Assembly: GCF_011386835.1 (NCBI RefSeq)
Contig: NC_088801.1
Location: 36,270,001 to 36,334,000 of the forward strand
DNA length: 64,000 nt
Source: Chrysemys picta bellii
Lineage: Eukaryota
Reading direction: 5' to 3'
The notes under the pieces were generated by a model. It had not been told where the DNA came from and did not search any database. It saw only the letters and a list, made by a program, of their open reading frames with translations. This document shows, piece by piece, positions 50,541-61,833 of the stretch (within the stretch, counting starts at the first letter, position 1; every line of letters starts with the position of its first letter). The position numbers and the translations under genes were made by a program.

Positions 50541-51289
50541 GGGCTGGACAGCTGTATAAGGTTTTGCCTGGCAGAGATTCACTGAGATTTAAAACTATGA
50601 AATATAAAAAAAAAAAACATCTTGACAACTAATCCAGACTACCCTGTCTCTTTTAGTGCAGCCAAGACTACTGCTTTCTGTCCCTCACACTGACCAGACA
50701 GGCTCCCTATACTTCCTCTTAATGGGCTCATTAATGGAATCTGAGTCTACTTGTTCTGCCTGGCTAATTTTTCTAGCAAGGCTCAGCTGCCTCTCTGCAC
50801 ATCTTTATAGGCTGGAGCGGATCTGGAAAGCCTGGCTAGGATTATGGGACTAAATGCCTTTTACCAATCAAAGGCAGCATATAGACATCCTGTGATCTTG
50901 TGCATTGACTCGAGGGAGTTCCACCAGCATGTAGAGGGGTATGGGGGGGAGGGTGTCTCTCTGTTACAAGAAGATTCACCTGTCAGGTCCCAAAGGGCTT
51001 GTGCACCCAGGTATACTGTGTAATTTCATATTTATTGGTAAATATAAAGTTATAGTTACTCCTATTTGAAAAATAGATAATACTGAACTCAGGAGTTGGC
51101 AGTTGAGGGGCCTGATCCAAAGCTCTTTGAACTCCATGGAAAGACTCCTATTGATTACATTTTGGAAGATAGGATTAGGCCCCAATAAAAGGAGGAACAG
51201 ATTTTCTATTCTGTTATCTTTCAAATATTTTTATTTTAAAAGGTATTTTGAAGTCTGTATATCTACAACCTTGACTGGGTTCTAGATCC

Positions 51290-51430
51290 AAGTGTGCTTA
51301 CTTATTTGTGGCCTTGGACAAATTGCTTAAATCCCAGCCTCTGCTCTTCCATCTGTAAAAACAGAAATTCTTCCACTTTTCTAGTCTTATAAAACACTCA
51401 GAGTCTCAGATGAAAGGTGCTAAATGCAGT
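51290..51430 (+). mobile_element. MIR/CORE-SINE relic
   Basis: gtggccttggacaaattgcttaa...cctctgctcttccatctgtaaaa. Confidence 0.6.
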
Positions 51431-52227
51431 AAAATCTATATGGACACACTAGTCTGTTAATAAAATGGATATTTATTTGGTTTTAGTACAAAGATTTTTA
51501 GTTCACCTTTAAGACTTACACAGCTGTAAAGCTTCAACATCGTTATGAAAATGATAAGCAGTATCTGAAAGGAATATTTTTGACTAATATTGCTTGCCTG
51601 GGCAATGTACTTAGATGATTAAACCCAAGATAAATGTGACTCTTCACAAAAGTGACTGCATCTAGGTAGTAACTGAGCAATTAATTCTTGCTGCACAAGA
51701 AAAATGGAGGTGATGTTCCATTTTTCTCTGAGTCAGAGAAAAAGATGTTCACAGATTGTACAGAAATTGGAACTGATATCTGACAACCAGGGATTTGCAC
51801 CAGGACAGATCTGCAAGCCAATTACAGTATTATAGGACACCCATATAAAGTCCAGAAACAGTAAAATCCAGTTTCATTCCACTGTCAAAATGTACCATGA
51901 ACTATGAACAAAAATATCAACATAAACATGTCAATCTTGCCATTTTCATGTTCATGTTAGGTCTATGTCTTCCTGCCTGACAAATTTAGTATGATAGTGT
52001 GACAGATAGTATATGTCTGTATATGTGTCTAATCGGTCTGCAAGTCCCATTGTGTTTTGAGTTCACCGTTTTCACTGTAAAACTGTGTTGTGTCTTCACT
52101 TTGGCACTGCTACCGCCATCTTGAGCTGGAACTCCCAGGAGGTATCAGGGAAAAAAAATCTTCCCTTCTCCCAAAAAGTTCATTAATACCAAGCCAGAGG
52201 CACCCAGTGATCCTGGGACCAGAGGTC

Positions 52228-53091
52228 TGTAACGGGATTGGCACCCACCTCCGGTGAGCTCCCCCTTTCTCTGGCTGATGTGCCTGTGATCACAGTTCTT
52301 TTCATGGGGCAGCACCAAACTCTCGCAGGCACCCCCTTTAGTTGGTTGGGTCTGAGCCTGCTTTTGGTTTTAGTTCTTATCTCATGGTGACATCCGCCTC
52401 TCATGACCGCCTCCCAGCCAATGGTTCTCTTGGCAGGTCTCCAGTGACTCAGCCCTCTGGCTAAGCCGCATATGCTGTCCCCCAGTCCTGAGTTCTTATC
52501 ACGGCGCTGGTATGGGGCCGTAGTTCTTAGGCTTCTTCCCAGAGACACTGCCTTCTTCAACCATCCAGCCGGGGCACATCTCAGTACCCTCAGCTGGTGT
52601 CCTTTTCAGCAGTCCTCCCTGGGCTCCGTCTGCAACCAGACCAGAAGGGCTCATCTTGGTATCCTCATCTGGTCTGGCCAGGTTCTGTGCTCAGTCCCCT
52701 GGGCTCAGCCTGCCCACACTGATCTTTTGATGGTCCTGCCACTCTTCTATCCAGCCAGCCAAGTACCTGGTCTTTGGCAGCCTTCTCTGGGCTCAAGTCT
52801 GTTTGGTGAGCTCTCTGCAGTGAGCGGTCTGTGGTCCTGCTATTTGTCTAACCAGCCAGGCACCCGTTCCTCCCTCATCAAGCTCCACACAGCAACTAAA
52901 GGCTCAGCTCCGCTGCTTGCCTTTTATCTGGCCCTTCTGGCCCCTTATTGATCACTCCACCAGCCCCTCTGATTGGCTGCTCCTCTGCAGCCGCTCTAGG
53001 CTGCCTGAAGGACTTCTCACTGCTCTATTCTGGGGCAGGGTGATGCAGGGCCATGAGACCTCCAGCAGGGGGCCTAGTCCACCCTGCCACA
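52228..53091. mobile_element. Solo LTR-like element inserted in the second Gypsy copy
   Basis: tgtaacggg ... cctgccaca (TG...CA); weak 5-bp TSD aggtc/agatt; Gypsy homology continues on both sides. Confidence 0.65.
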
Positions 53092-53661
53092 AGATTATAC
53101 CTCTGATTCAGCAATGTTGATGTGGTGCAATTTCCCCAGTTGGCCACATGATATCATCATATGCATCAAGAGCATCTCTTCTGTATCTGTTCCCCTTTCA
53201 GTAGGCAGTATATCTTGCTGGTTAACAACATGCTCTCCCTGTGGTAAATGCACTCTCCATACCTTACAGTCTGAAAGATCATACCATGAGTATCGAAAAC
53301 ATTTACAGACCTTTGACTAACATATACTGCTTGTCCAGGATAGAAGGCATGGAGTCTTGCATGGATACGCTTGTTGAAATTTGCATTTATCCTGGTCACA
53401 TCAGCCGGCTTTCAGGACAGCGAAGGGATGAACCTTTTCCATCAGCATAGAGAAGTTGGTCCTCGTAAGTCGGCTGAAGAGCTCATAGAGTGGGGTTTCT
53501 CCAACACACCCATGAGGTCTATTCAAAATATCATATAAAGCACAACTTAATGCAATAGGAAGGGGTATCTTCTTCCAGTATGGATAAAAGGGATAAAAAA
53601 AGTGATTTCTTGGTAGAGGTCCACCATAGACCACCAAACCAGGAAGAAGAGGTGAATGAGG

Positions 53662-53662
<1 letters not shown>

Positions 53663-53692
<30 letters not shown>
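53663..53692. repeat. Poly(T)30 run inside the CR1
   Basis: gaggc(T)30aaaagac. Confidence 0.9.
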
Positions 53693-53699
<7 letters not shown>

Positions 53700-54413
53700 C
53701 ACCAACAAAATCATCCAAAGCACAGGACTTGATGGTGATGGGGGGTTTCAACTACCCCAGACATCTGTTGGGAAAATAATACAGCAGGACACAGATTATC
53801 CAGTAAATTCTTGGAATGCACTAGAGACAACTTTTTGATAGTGAAGGTGGAGAAAGCGACTAGGGAAGAGGCTGTTCTAAATTTGATTCTGACAAATAGG
53901 GAGGAACAGGTTAGGGAACAAATCTAATGGAAAAAAGAGTTCAGGAGAATTGGCAGTTTTTTTAGAGAGACATTGAGGGCACAAGCGCAAACTATCTCAA
54001 GGCATAGGAAAGATCAGAAGTATAAGAAACCATCCTGGCTTAACCAGGCGATCTGAAATTAAAAAAAAGAGTTATACAAAAAGTGGAAACTAGGTTGAAT
54101 TACAAAGGACGGATATAAAAAAAACAACGCAATTATGTGGGAACAAAATTAGAAGGGTCAAGGCACAAAATGAGATTAAACTAGGTGGGGACACAAAGGG
54201 TAACAATAAAGCATTTTACAAATACTTTAGAAGCAAAAGAAGGACCGGGGACAAAGTAGGCTCATTCCTGAATGAGGAGGGAAAGCCAACAACAAAAAAT
54301 GCAGCAATGGCCAAAATGTTGTTTCACTTTTCACCAAAAACTTTAGCAGTGATCGGATGACTAACATAGTGAATATCAGTGTTAAAGGGGTAGGATCTGA
54401 GGCTAAAATAGGG

Positions 54414-55141
54414 TGCAAGCATATTTCAGGGCCACCAGCCAGGCCCACAGGTTACCTTACAAACTTAGTAAAGCATACAGCCACTGCTGCTAGCAGACAA
54501 AAACCATGGCTAACTTCAAGTTCAAATCAACGAGAAGATTTATTTCAGCATAGGTACACCCCACACCCCAGTGATCAGCTGTGACGTAACAGGTGAATGA
54601 ATTGGCTGCAGGTACACAAAGGCAAAGACTTAAATATCAGTACGCAATTTTTATGCCCAAACTGACACCCTATTTTTAGCAATAGCCCCTTCTCTGATTC
54701 ATTATTTTAAAAAAAATAATATTTATGAACATATATAAAATGCTGCATCAAACACCAGATTATATAACATGTTTATCTACTAATAATAACAACGTTATGA
54801 ATCTTATTTAAGACATGAACTTTCCACTTGTTTTCTCTGATTACGTTTGGGAGGTCACAATGATTTACTCTTTGTCCTGTACCGAAGTCAGGGACATCCC
54901 AAAAATTGAACAACAGGATATTTAGTAAGTCATGAAGGCTTTATTTGTACTCTTTTGCAAAAGGATTTCTCAGACGTCATCTTGATCACAGTAAAATAGG
55001 CGAGTATTTATATTGCTTACATATTACTTATGCCTTCACTTATATATTACTAGCCAATATATGGATCTATTAGATACACTTAAGCCCTTACCATCTTACA
55101 TGAAGTAATTTCACCAAATTACTGTTTCAATTTCATAGACA
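54414..55141. mobile_element. Unclassified ~728-bp insertion in the CR1 (possible solo LTR)
   Basis: CR1 text aaaataggg|...|(a)gggaaagaacaa resumes exactly; insert has tgcaagc ... catagaca ends and an AT-rich body. Confidence 0.65.
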
Positions 55142-56550
55142 GGGAAAGAACAATTTAAGAAATACTTAGACAAGTTAAATGTCTTCAGGGCCTGACAAAA
55201 ATACATCCTAGAATACTTAAGGAATTGGCCAAAGAGATCTTTGAGGACTCAAGGAGGACGGACAGATCCCACAGAACTGGAAAAAGTGCAAATATAGCAC
55301 CTATCTATAAAAAGGGGAATAAGGACAACCCTGGGAATTACAGACTAATCAGCTTAGCTTGGTACCTGGAAAAATAGTGGTGCAAATAATCAACCAATTT
55401 GTAACCTCCTAGAAGATAAGGTGGTAAGTAACAGACAACATTGATTTCAAAACCTTCTTTCCCAGGGTAACAAGCCTTGTGGATGGGAGGAAAGCAGTAG
55501 ATGGGAAATTTCTTGACTTTATTAAGGCTTTTGATACTGTCTTACGTGACCATCTCACAAACAACCTAGGGAAATATAGCCTAGATGAACCTGCTGTAAG
55601 CGGATGCACAGGTTTCAAAAAAACATACTCCCAGAGCATTTATCAATGGTTCACAGTGAAGCCAGAAGGGCATATCGAGCGTGGTCCTACAAGAATCTGT
55701 TCCGGGTCCAGTTCTATTCAATATCTTCGTAAATGGTTTGGATAATGGCATAGAGAGTGCACTTACAAAGTGTGCATATGACACCAATCTGGGAGGGTTT
55801 GCCAGTGCTTTCGGAGATAGGATTAGAATTCAAAATGATCTTTACAAACTGGTGACATCATCTAAAATAAATAGGATAATATTCAGTAAGGACAAATGCA
55901 AGGTACTGCACTTTGGAAGGAATAATCAATTGCACAAATACAAAATGGGAAATGACTGCCTTGGGAGAAATACTTCAGAAAAGAATCTGAGCATTATAGT
56001 GAATCACAAACTAAACATGAGTCAACAATGTAATAGTGTTGCAAAAAAAAGCAAACATCATTCTGGGATGTATTAAGAATAGCATTGTAAGCAAGACACA
56101 AGTAGTAATTCTTCTGCTCTACTTAGCACTGATAAGACCTCAGCTGGAGTACTGTGTCCAGTTCTGGACCTCACAGTTTGGGAAAGATGTGGACAAATTG
56201 GAAAGAAGTCAAGAGGAGAGCAACAAAAAACGATTAAATGTCTAGAAAACATGACCTACAAGGAAAGATGGGGGAAAAGGTGGATTTATTTAATCTGGAG
56301 AAGACATGATAACAGTCTGCAAGAACACAACAGGTTGTTATAAAGAGAATGGTGATAAAACTGTTCTCCTTATCCACTGAGAACAGGACAAGAAGTAATG
56401 GGCTTAAATTGCAGCAAGGAAGATTTAGATTGGACACTAGGATAAACTTCCTAACTGTCAGGGATAAATTACCTAGGGAGTTGTGAAATCTCCATCACTG
56501 GAGATTTTTAAGAGCAGGTTAGATAAACACCTGTCAGGGACGGTCTAGAC

Positions 56551-56882
56551 CAGTGTTTCCCAAACTTGGGACGCCACTTGTTTAAGGAAAGTCCCTGGTG
56601 GGCCGGGCCGGTTTGTTTACCTGCCACATCCGCAGGTTCGGCTGATCACGGCTCCCACTGGCCGTGGTTCACTGCTCCAGGCCAATGGGAGCTGCGGGAA
56701 GGGCAGCCAGCACATCCCTTGGCCCGCGCCGCTTCCAGCAGCTCCCATTGGCCTGGAGTAGTGAACCATGGCCAGCGGAAACCATGATTGGCCGGACCTG
56801 CCGACGGGGCAGGTAAACAAACCGGCCCGGCCTGGCAGGGGCTTTCCCTAAACAAGCGGCGTCCCAAGTTTGGGAAACACTG
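56551..56882. mobile_element. hAT-type MITE, CAGTGTTTCCCAAAC family (332 bp), in the CR1 3' UTR
   Basis: TIRs cagtgtttcccaaacttgggacgcc / ggcgtcccaagtttgggaaacactg; TSD gtctagac/gtctagat. Confidence 0.93.
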
Positions 56883-57500
56883 GTCTAGATAATACTTGGT
56901 CCTGCCTCAGTGCAGCAGACTGATCTAGCTGACCTACTGAGGTCCCTTCCAGTCCTACATTTCTATGCAAGCTACACATGTCTTCAGGATCCTATGTAGT
57001 CTCTCCACTATCCCATTTCCTTGGGGATGGTATCCAGCAGATTTAAAATGAACTGTACAAATATTTATCAGAAAATCTTCACTCTTCATACAAAAGGTCT
57101 CCCACCTAGCGTTGCCAGCTGTCCAGTTTTTGACCAGAAAGTCCATTTGAAAAGGGAACCTGGCAGTGTCCAATCAGCAGTGCTGACCAGACATTAAAAG
57201 TCCAGTTATCTGCAATAACTGGCCTCCACCACCAGGAGGCGGGAAGAGCAGCTGCTGCAACCTGGAGGAGCAGTGGAGCACTCAGCAGTAGCTCTGGTGG
57301 AGAGAGGTACTGGCAGCTCCCCCGTTCTCCCCCGAGCGTGGCTCTCCCTGCCCCGTCCTGCCCCAATCACCCCTCCACCCACAGGCTCCGAGTTTCTAAT
57401 TTGTTGGGGGGTGCTCCCCACCTGCTCCGCCCAGGACCCGCCCCCACTCCACCCTTTCCCCTATGACCCCACCCGCACCCTGCTTCTTCCCACCCCAGCC

Positions 57501-58887
57501 TAGGGTTACCATACGTGCGGATTTCCCCGGCCATGTCCGGCTCTTTGGTTGTTAAATGGCCGTCCGGGAGGAATTTTTAAATATCTAAAAAAAGTCCAGG
57601 TTTTTCGATATTTAAAAATCCCTCCCAGCTGGCCGGCATATGGATGTGTGGTAACCCTGCCGGAGCAAGCCTCTGAGCGCCTGTCCCAGGGACTGCAGGG
57701 CTCGGAGAGGTTCTTTGCCGAGGCGCCGCTAGGGGTTCTATTGAGCTCGGCGTCACGTTCACAGCTCAGCGCTCCTTGAGCCCGGCCCCATCCACGGCCC
57801 TCAGGGCCCAGCCCCGGCTGGCAAGTGCCAAGGCCCTGACGCGCTGCCCTGCCTGAGCTGCAGCCGTGCCGGGGAGCGTCCGAGGGCTGCAGGCAGCGCT
57901 GGAGCTGCCGGAGGATGAGTTGGAGCCGGCCCCGCACCAGCAGGCTGAGCGGGGAGTTGTCCCAGGAGAAGTTTCCCTGGGCACCCAAGTCTGTAACCTC
58001 CCTCCGTGCAGTGCCCAAGCCCGTAACCTCCCTCCCTGCAGCGCCGCCAGCACGGGCACCCTCGGGCTCCCAGCTTTCTGCTGGCCAGAGCGGAGCCTGC
58101 AGGGAAACTTCTCCCGGGACAACTCCCCGCTCAGCTCGCTGGTGCGGGGCCAGCTCCGACTCATGCTCCGGCAGCTCCTGCGCTGCCTGCAGCTCTCGGA
58201 CGCTATCTGGCACAGCTGCAGCTCAGGCAGGGCAGCGCGTCAGGGCCGAGCCCTCACAAAGGAGGCTGCCTGGCGAGGGGGGCTGAACGGGGGGTTTCCT
58301 CCCCTCCCCTCCGGCTGCCGCATTGCGCCAAGGCTGCGACCAGGACAAGGGAGCCTCCTGCAGCCACGGCAGGAGGGAGGGAGATTCCGGGAGTGGCGGA
58401 CCCTGCAGCCCCAAGGCCAGGTGCAGCTCCCCAGCGGGAGGGGTTGCACCAGTGACTTCAGGCGGGGTCGGGGCTTCCACTCCCCGGTACCCGACACAAG
58501 TCGAGAGCAACTCTCCCCTCCCCGCTTCAGTGAAGCAAGGGCAGGGGGTAAATTTAAAACTGGATCCTGCCACATCTTGTGCGGTGTGGGACCAACCCTC
58601 TGCCCCTCCGCTGTCTGGACAGAGAACATGGTGGGGGAAGTTAGGGTGGGGGGGGTCTCAGGAGGAGGCAGTCAGGGGACAAGGAGCAGGGAGGCTTAGA
58701 TAGGGGTTGGGGTCCTGGGGGGCAGTTAGGGGCAGGGGTCCCTGGAGGGGGCAGTCAGGGGACAAAGAGCGAGGGGGGAGGGTTGGGAGTTCTGAGGGGG
58801 GCAGGAAGTGGGAGGGAGTGGATGGGGGTGGGGCTAGGGCAGGGCTCCCCCGTCCTCTTAATTGATTGCTGAAATATGGTAACCCTA
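57501..58887. mobile_element. hAT-type non-autonomous element (inner), 1387 bp, CpG-rich
   Basis: 13-bp TIRs tagggttaccata / tatggtaacccta; TSD ccccagcc/cccctgcc. Confidence 0.9.
57832..58247. repeat. 148-bp inverted repeat (57832-57979 vs 58100-58247) with a 120-bp spacer
   Basis: Arms about 90% complementary by eye; the ORF track shows near-identical peptides on opposite strands (MPGSVRGLQAALELPED... vs MPDSVRELQAAQELPEH...). Confidence 0.93.
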
Positions 58888-59796
58888 CCCCTGCCCCGCC
58901 TCTTCCTGCCCCTGAGCACGCTGTGCCCTCGCTCTTCCACCCCAGCGCCTCCAGACACCACAAAACAGCAGGCAGTAGGTGCTGGGAGGGGGAGGCGCTG
59001 ATTGGCCGGGCCTGCCAGCGGGAAGGAGGCGCTGGGGGAGAGGAGGAGGTTCTGGTAGCGGGGCTGCCGGTAGGTGCTCAGCACCCACCATTTTTTTCCC
59101 ATGGGTGCTCCAGCCCTGGAGCACCCACAGAGTCAGCGCCTATGCCTCCAACCCTAGAGCCCTGCTCAGCTGGCAGGGCATGCAGAGTGGAGAAAGCAGT
59201 GAGCAACAGTAGGGGTGGGTGGAGAAGAGAAGCAGTGGGTAGGGCCTCAAGGGAATGAGGTGGAGCAAGGGCGGGGAGGGCCCTCAGGGGAAGAGGCAGA
59301 GCAGGGGTTGGGGGACCTTCCGGCACTCAGTGTCCAGTTTTCACAAATTAGAAAGTTGGCCATCCTAGTCCCACCAAGCATAACTATGTTTCATCTTTGT
59401 AACTCCCAAATATCCTTTATGAGCCATATTCAGGACTGCTTGTTGCAACACTGCTTGGACGATCACCCAGGCTCCTCTCTATAAGATATGCCGAGTAACA
59501 CATATCTTCACTGTAAGCTCAGAACGAATTTTGTAGAATGCAGACAAACTAGTCTTAAGGACTGAGTCCATCCGAACTGCTTGTACAGCACGTATCACCT
59601 CGTACAGTTCACCATCTTGAAGAGTCGTGCCAGCAGTCCACCCTAAGTCAACTGGCGTATCTTTCAGTAAAAAGCAAACAGTGTACTCTGTTTCTGCATA
59701 CGAGGGTACCAACCCATCAGAATTTCTCAAAAGAGCACTGGCAGGTAAATTACATCTTCCTTTGATACGAACCAAAACCATTTGAGAGGTGTAACA

Positions 59797-60124
59797 CATA
59801 GATTCATAGATTCTAGGACTGGAAGGGACCTCGAGAGGTCATCGAGTCCAGTCCCCTGCCCACATGGCAGGACCAAATACTGTCTAGACCATCCCTGATA
59901 GACATTTATCTAACCTACTCTTAAATATCTCCAGAGATGGAGATTCCACAACCTCCCTAGGCAATTTATTCCAGTGTTTAACCACCCTGACAGTTAGGAA
60001 CTTTTTCCTAATGTCCAACCTAGACCTCCCTTGCTGCAGTTTAAGCCCATTGCTTCTTGTTCTATCCTTAGAGGCTAAGGTGAACAAGTTTTCTCCCTCC
60101 TCCTTATGACACCCTTTTAGATAC
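59797..60124 (-). mobile_element. Young CR1 3' fragment (328 bp)
   Basis: Differs from 26905-27230 at only a handful of positions by eye; catagattcatagattct tail. Confidence 0.96.
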
Positions 60125-60292
60125 TATTTCTATTGACTCTGGGCATTAGCTGTTACACCTCTTCCTTTGCCTTGCATGTTCCCCCAAAGTTCCTTGAAAT
60201 AGTAGCATAAGAATAAGCAGATGGATATCTAGAAAATGAGCTATTTCTGTCTGGTAGCAGGAGGTGACAAAAATGAAGCCCGTAGGAAGTCT

Positions 60293-60404
60293 GCCCTGGG
60301 AGAAAGCAGTGAAAATTATGGTAATTCTTCCAGTTTAGACAACAAGATGGATTCTTTATCACATTGCTGGATCTGCCATAGTTTTCACTGCTTTTCCCAG
60401 GGGC
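60293..60404. repeat. Imperfect inverted repeat / hairpin, 112 nt
   Basis: gccctgggagaaagcagtgaaaattatggtaattcttccag pairs with ctggatctgccatagttttcactgcttttcccaggggc around a 33-nt loop. Confidence 0.85.
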
Positions 60405-61833
60405 TGTGGCTGATTCATGATCAAATGAGAATGATATGTCAGTCCATAAATACAAATATCTTTCTGAAATATCTTAATTGTTCATCTGCTTTGTTTAAAT
60501 TTGAAGATTAACAAAATCAGTTCATGACTGAAGCTGGGAAAACATGTAGTAATTAGTATCCATATGACGAGATGTCTGTCTGTAGCATAAACAAGACTAG
60601 CAAGGAAGATGGGAGACGTACAACATTTGGAGAACAACTATATGTGGAACAAAGATGTTGGTAATTAGTTTGTTGTTTGCTGAAATTTAGTTTGTTGTTC
60701 AGTTGCTGCCCAATACACAGAGGAAGGGAGTTGAATTTTAGATGTCTGGGGCAATCAAGAAATTATGCATTTTAATGAAATGTCAAAATATATTATTTTA
60801 GAAAAGAAACGTTGAGGTTTTTTTTATGTCTACAACCTACATTAAATCATATGAAGACTTTGGACTAGGCATTCCTTAGTGACAATTCTAAGAGTTAAAG
60901 CCTTTTGTACAATTAATGTCTGCAGAAAGCAAAGGACACATAGTACGATCAAAATTCTGTGTGGCAGTGAACCAATTTTTTAAAAAAGAAAAATAATATA
61001 TACTAAGGAGGTAAATACACTAAGAACATCTTATTTACAAAGCCACTCTGGGCCAAAAATATATGTCCACAACGGACTACTCAATTACTTTGCTTTGTTT
61101 TGTTTTTAATCTCTGTAGTGGACTAGTGTGTGTCACAGCAATATTTATGGAGCTTGTATGTTTATTATGACACACTTAGTTTTGCGTATTAATTAATACC
61201 TACGTAGTCTAAAAGAAGACTTTTGTAGTGCATTAAATACTTAAAATACAGAGTGTCCTACATATTACAGATGACAATGTAAAGTCAGTATTACTTTCAT
61301 GTCTCCAGACAACTGTATATTTTGTAGTTTTAACATATACCATGCCAAACATGGCATATGACATCGTGCCTAGAAAATAAGAATAGGGTGCTTCTATCAA
61401 AAAGTTTCATACAGTAGATATCCATGTGGTAGAGTGTTTACCACATCAAGCCAGTGCTACTATTTAATGTTTTTTACTTCACCTAAAATCCCCAAAGAGA
61501 ATCACAAAATTATATTGCTTTTAAATGAGAATTAAAGTATTTACATCCAATCCATTAGCATGAACCCCCTCATTCTCATGGAGTTCCACTGAGGTTAGTA
61601 TTTTCTGTAGTTCAGACAGTATAATAAACATCTGAACCATTTTTTTGCTAGCAATGTCTGGATTAATTTATTTCTGTTTGCTCGCTCACCATCAGCAGTA
61701 ATGTCATTAGGAATGTATACCGCTCCGGAAATAGCATGGGCTAGTTAATAGCTGTAGCAGAGAACAGCAGAAAGCAAAACAGTGAATTGAGTGTAGACCC
61801 TAAGAAAATAGTGTCTATTTCTTCAGCAATGAC

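Larger units (their letters stand above)
53583..56967 (+). mobile_element. Older CR1 LINE (endonuclease end through 3' tail) with internal deletions and two nested insertions
   Basis: Endonuclease-like MG..NYPDICWEN near 53735; RT motifs FLDFIKAFDTV and YCVQFW; ends ccttccagtcctacatttctatg; tatg on both flanks inside the Gypsy integrase. Confidence 0.92.
57107..59367. mobile_element. hAT-type non-autonomous element (outer), 2261 bp including nested inserts
   Basis: TIRs tagcgttgcca / tggccatccta; TSD ctcccacc/gtcccacc. Confidence 0.85.
52160..59784 (-). mobile_element. Second decayed Gypsy copy (integrase to RNase H part), split into four pieces: ~52160-52227, 53092-53582, 56968-57106, 59368-59784
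   Basis: The pieces align collinearly by eye with 5150-6560 of the first Gypsy copy (e.g. atacctctgattcagc, gtagtctctccactatccc, cccaccaagcataact); SAGYHPQGNGIVERLHRILK integrase core in ORF 57173-56955. Confidence 0.85.

Noticed and set aside
52228-53091. This LTR as the cognate 3' LTR of the second Gypsy
   Set aside because: No polypurine tract at the junction and Gypsy homology continues on its other side; it is a later insertion.
57866-58699. 277-aa ORF as a functional gene or transposase
   Set aside because: GTG start, no hAT transposase motifs, GC-rich; only the inverted-repeat portion is kept as a lead.
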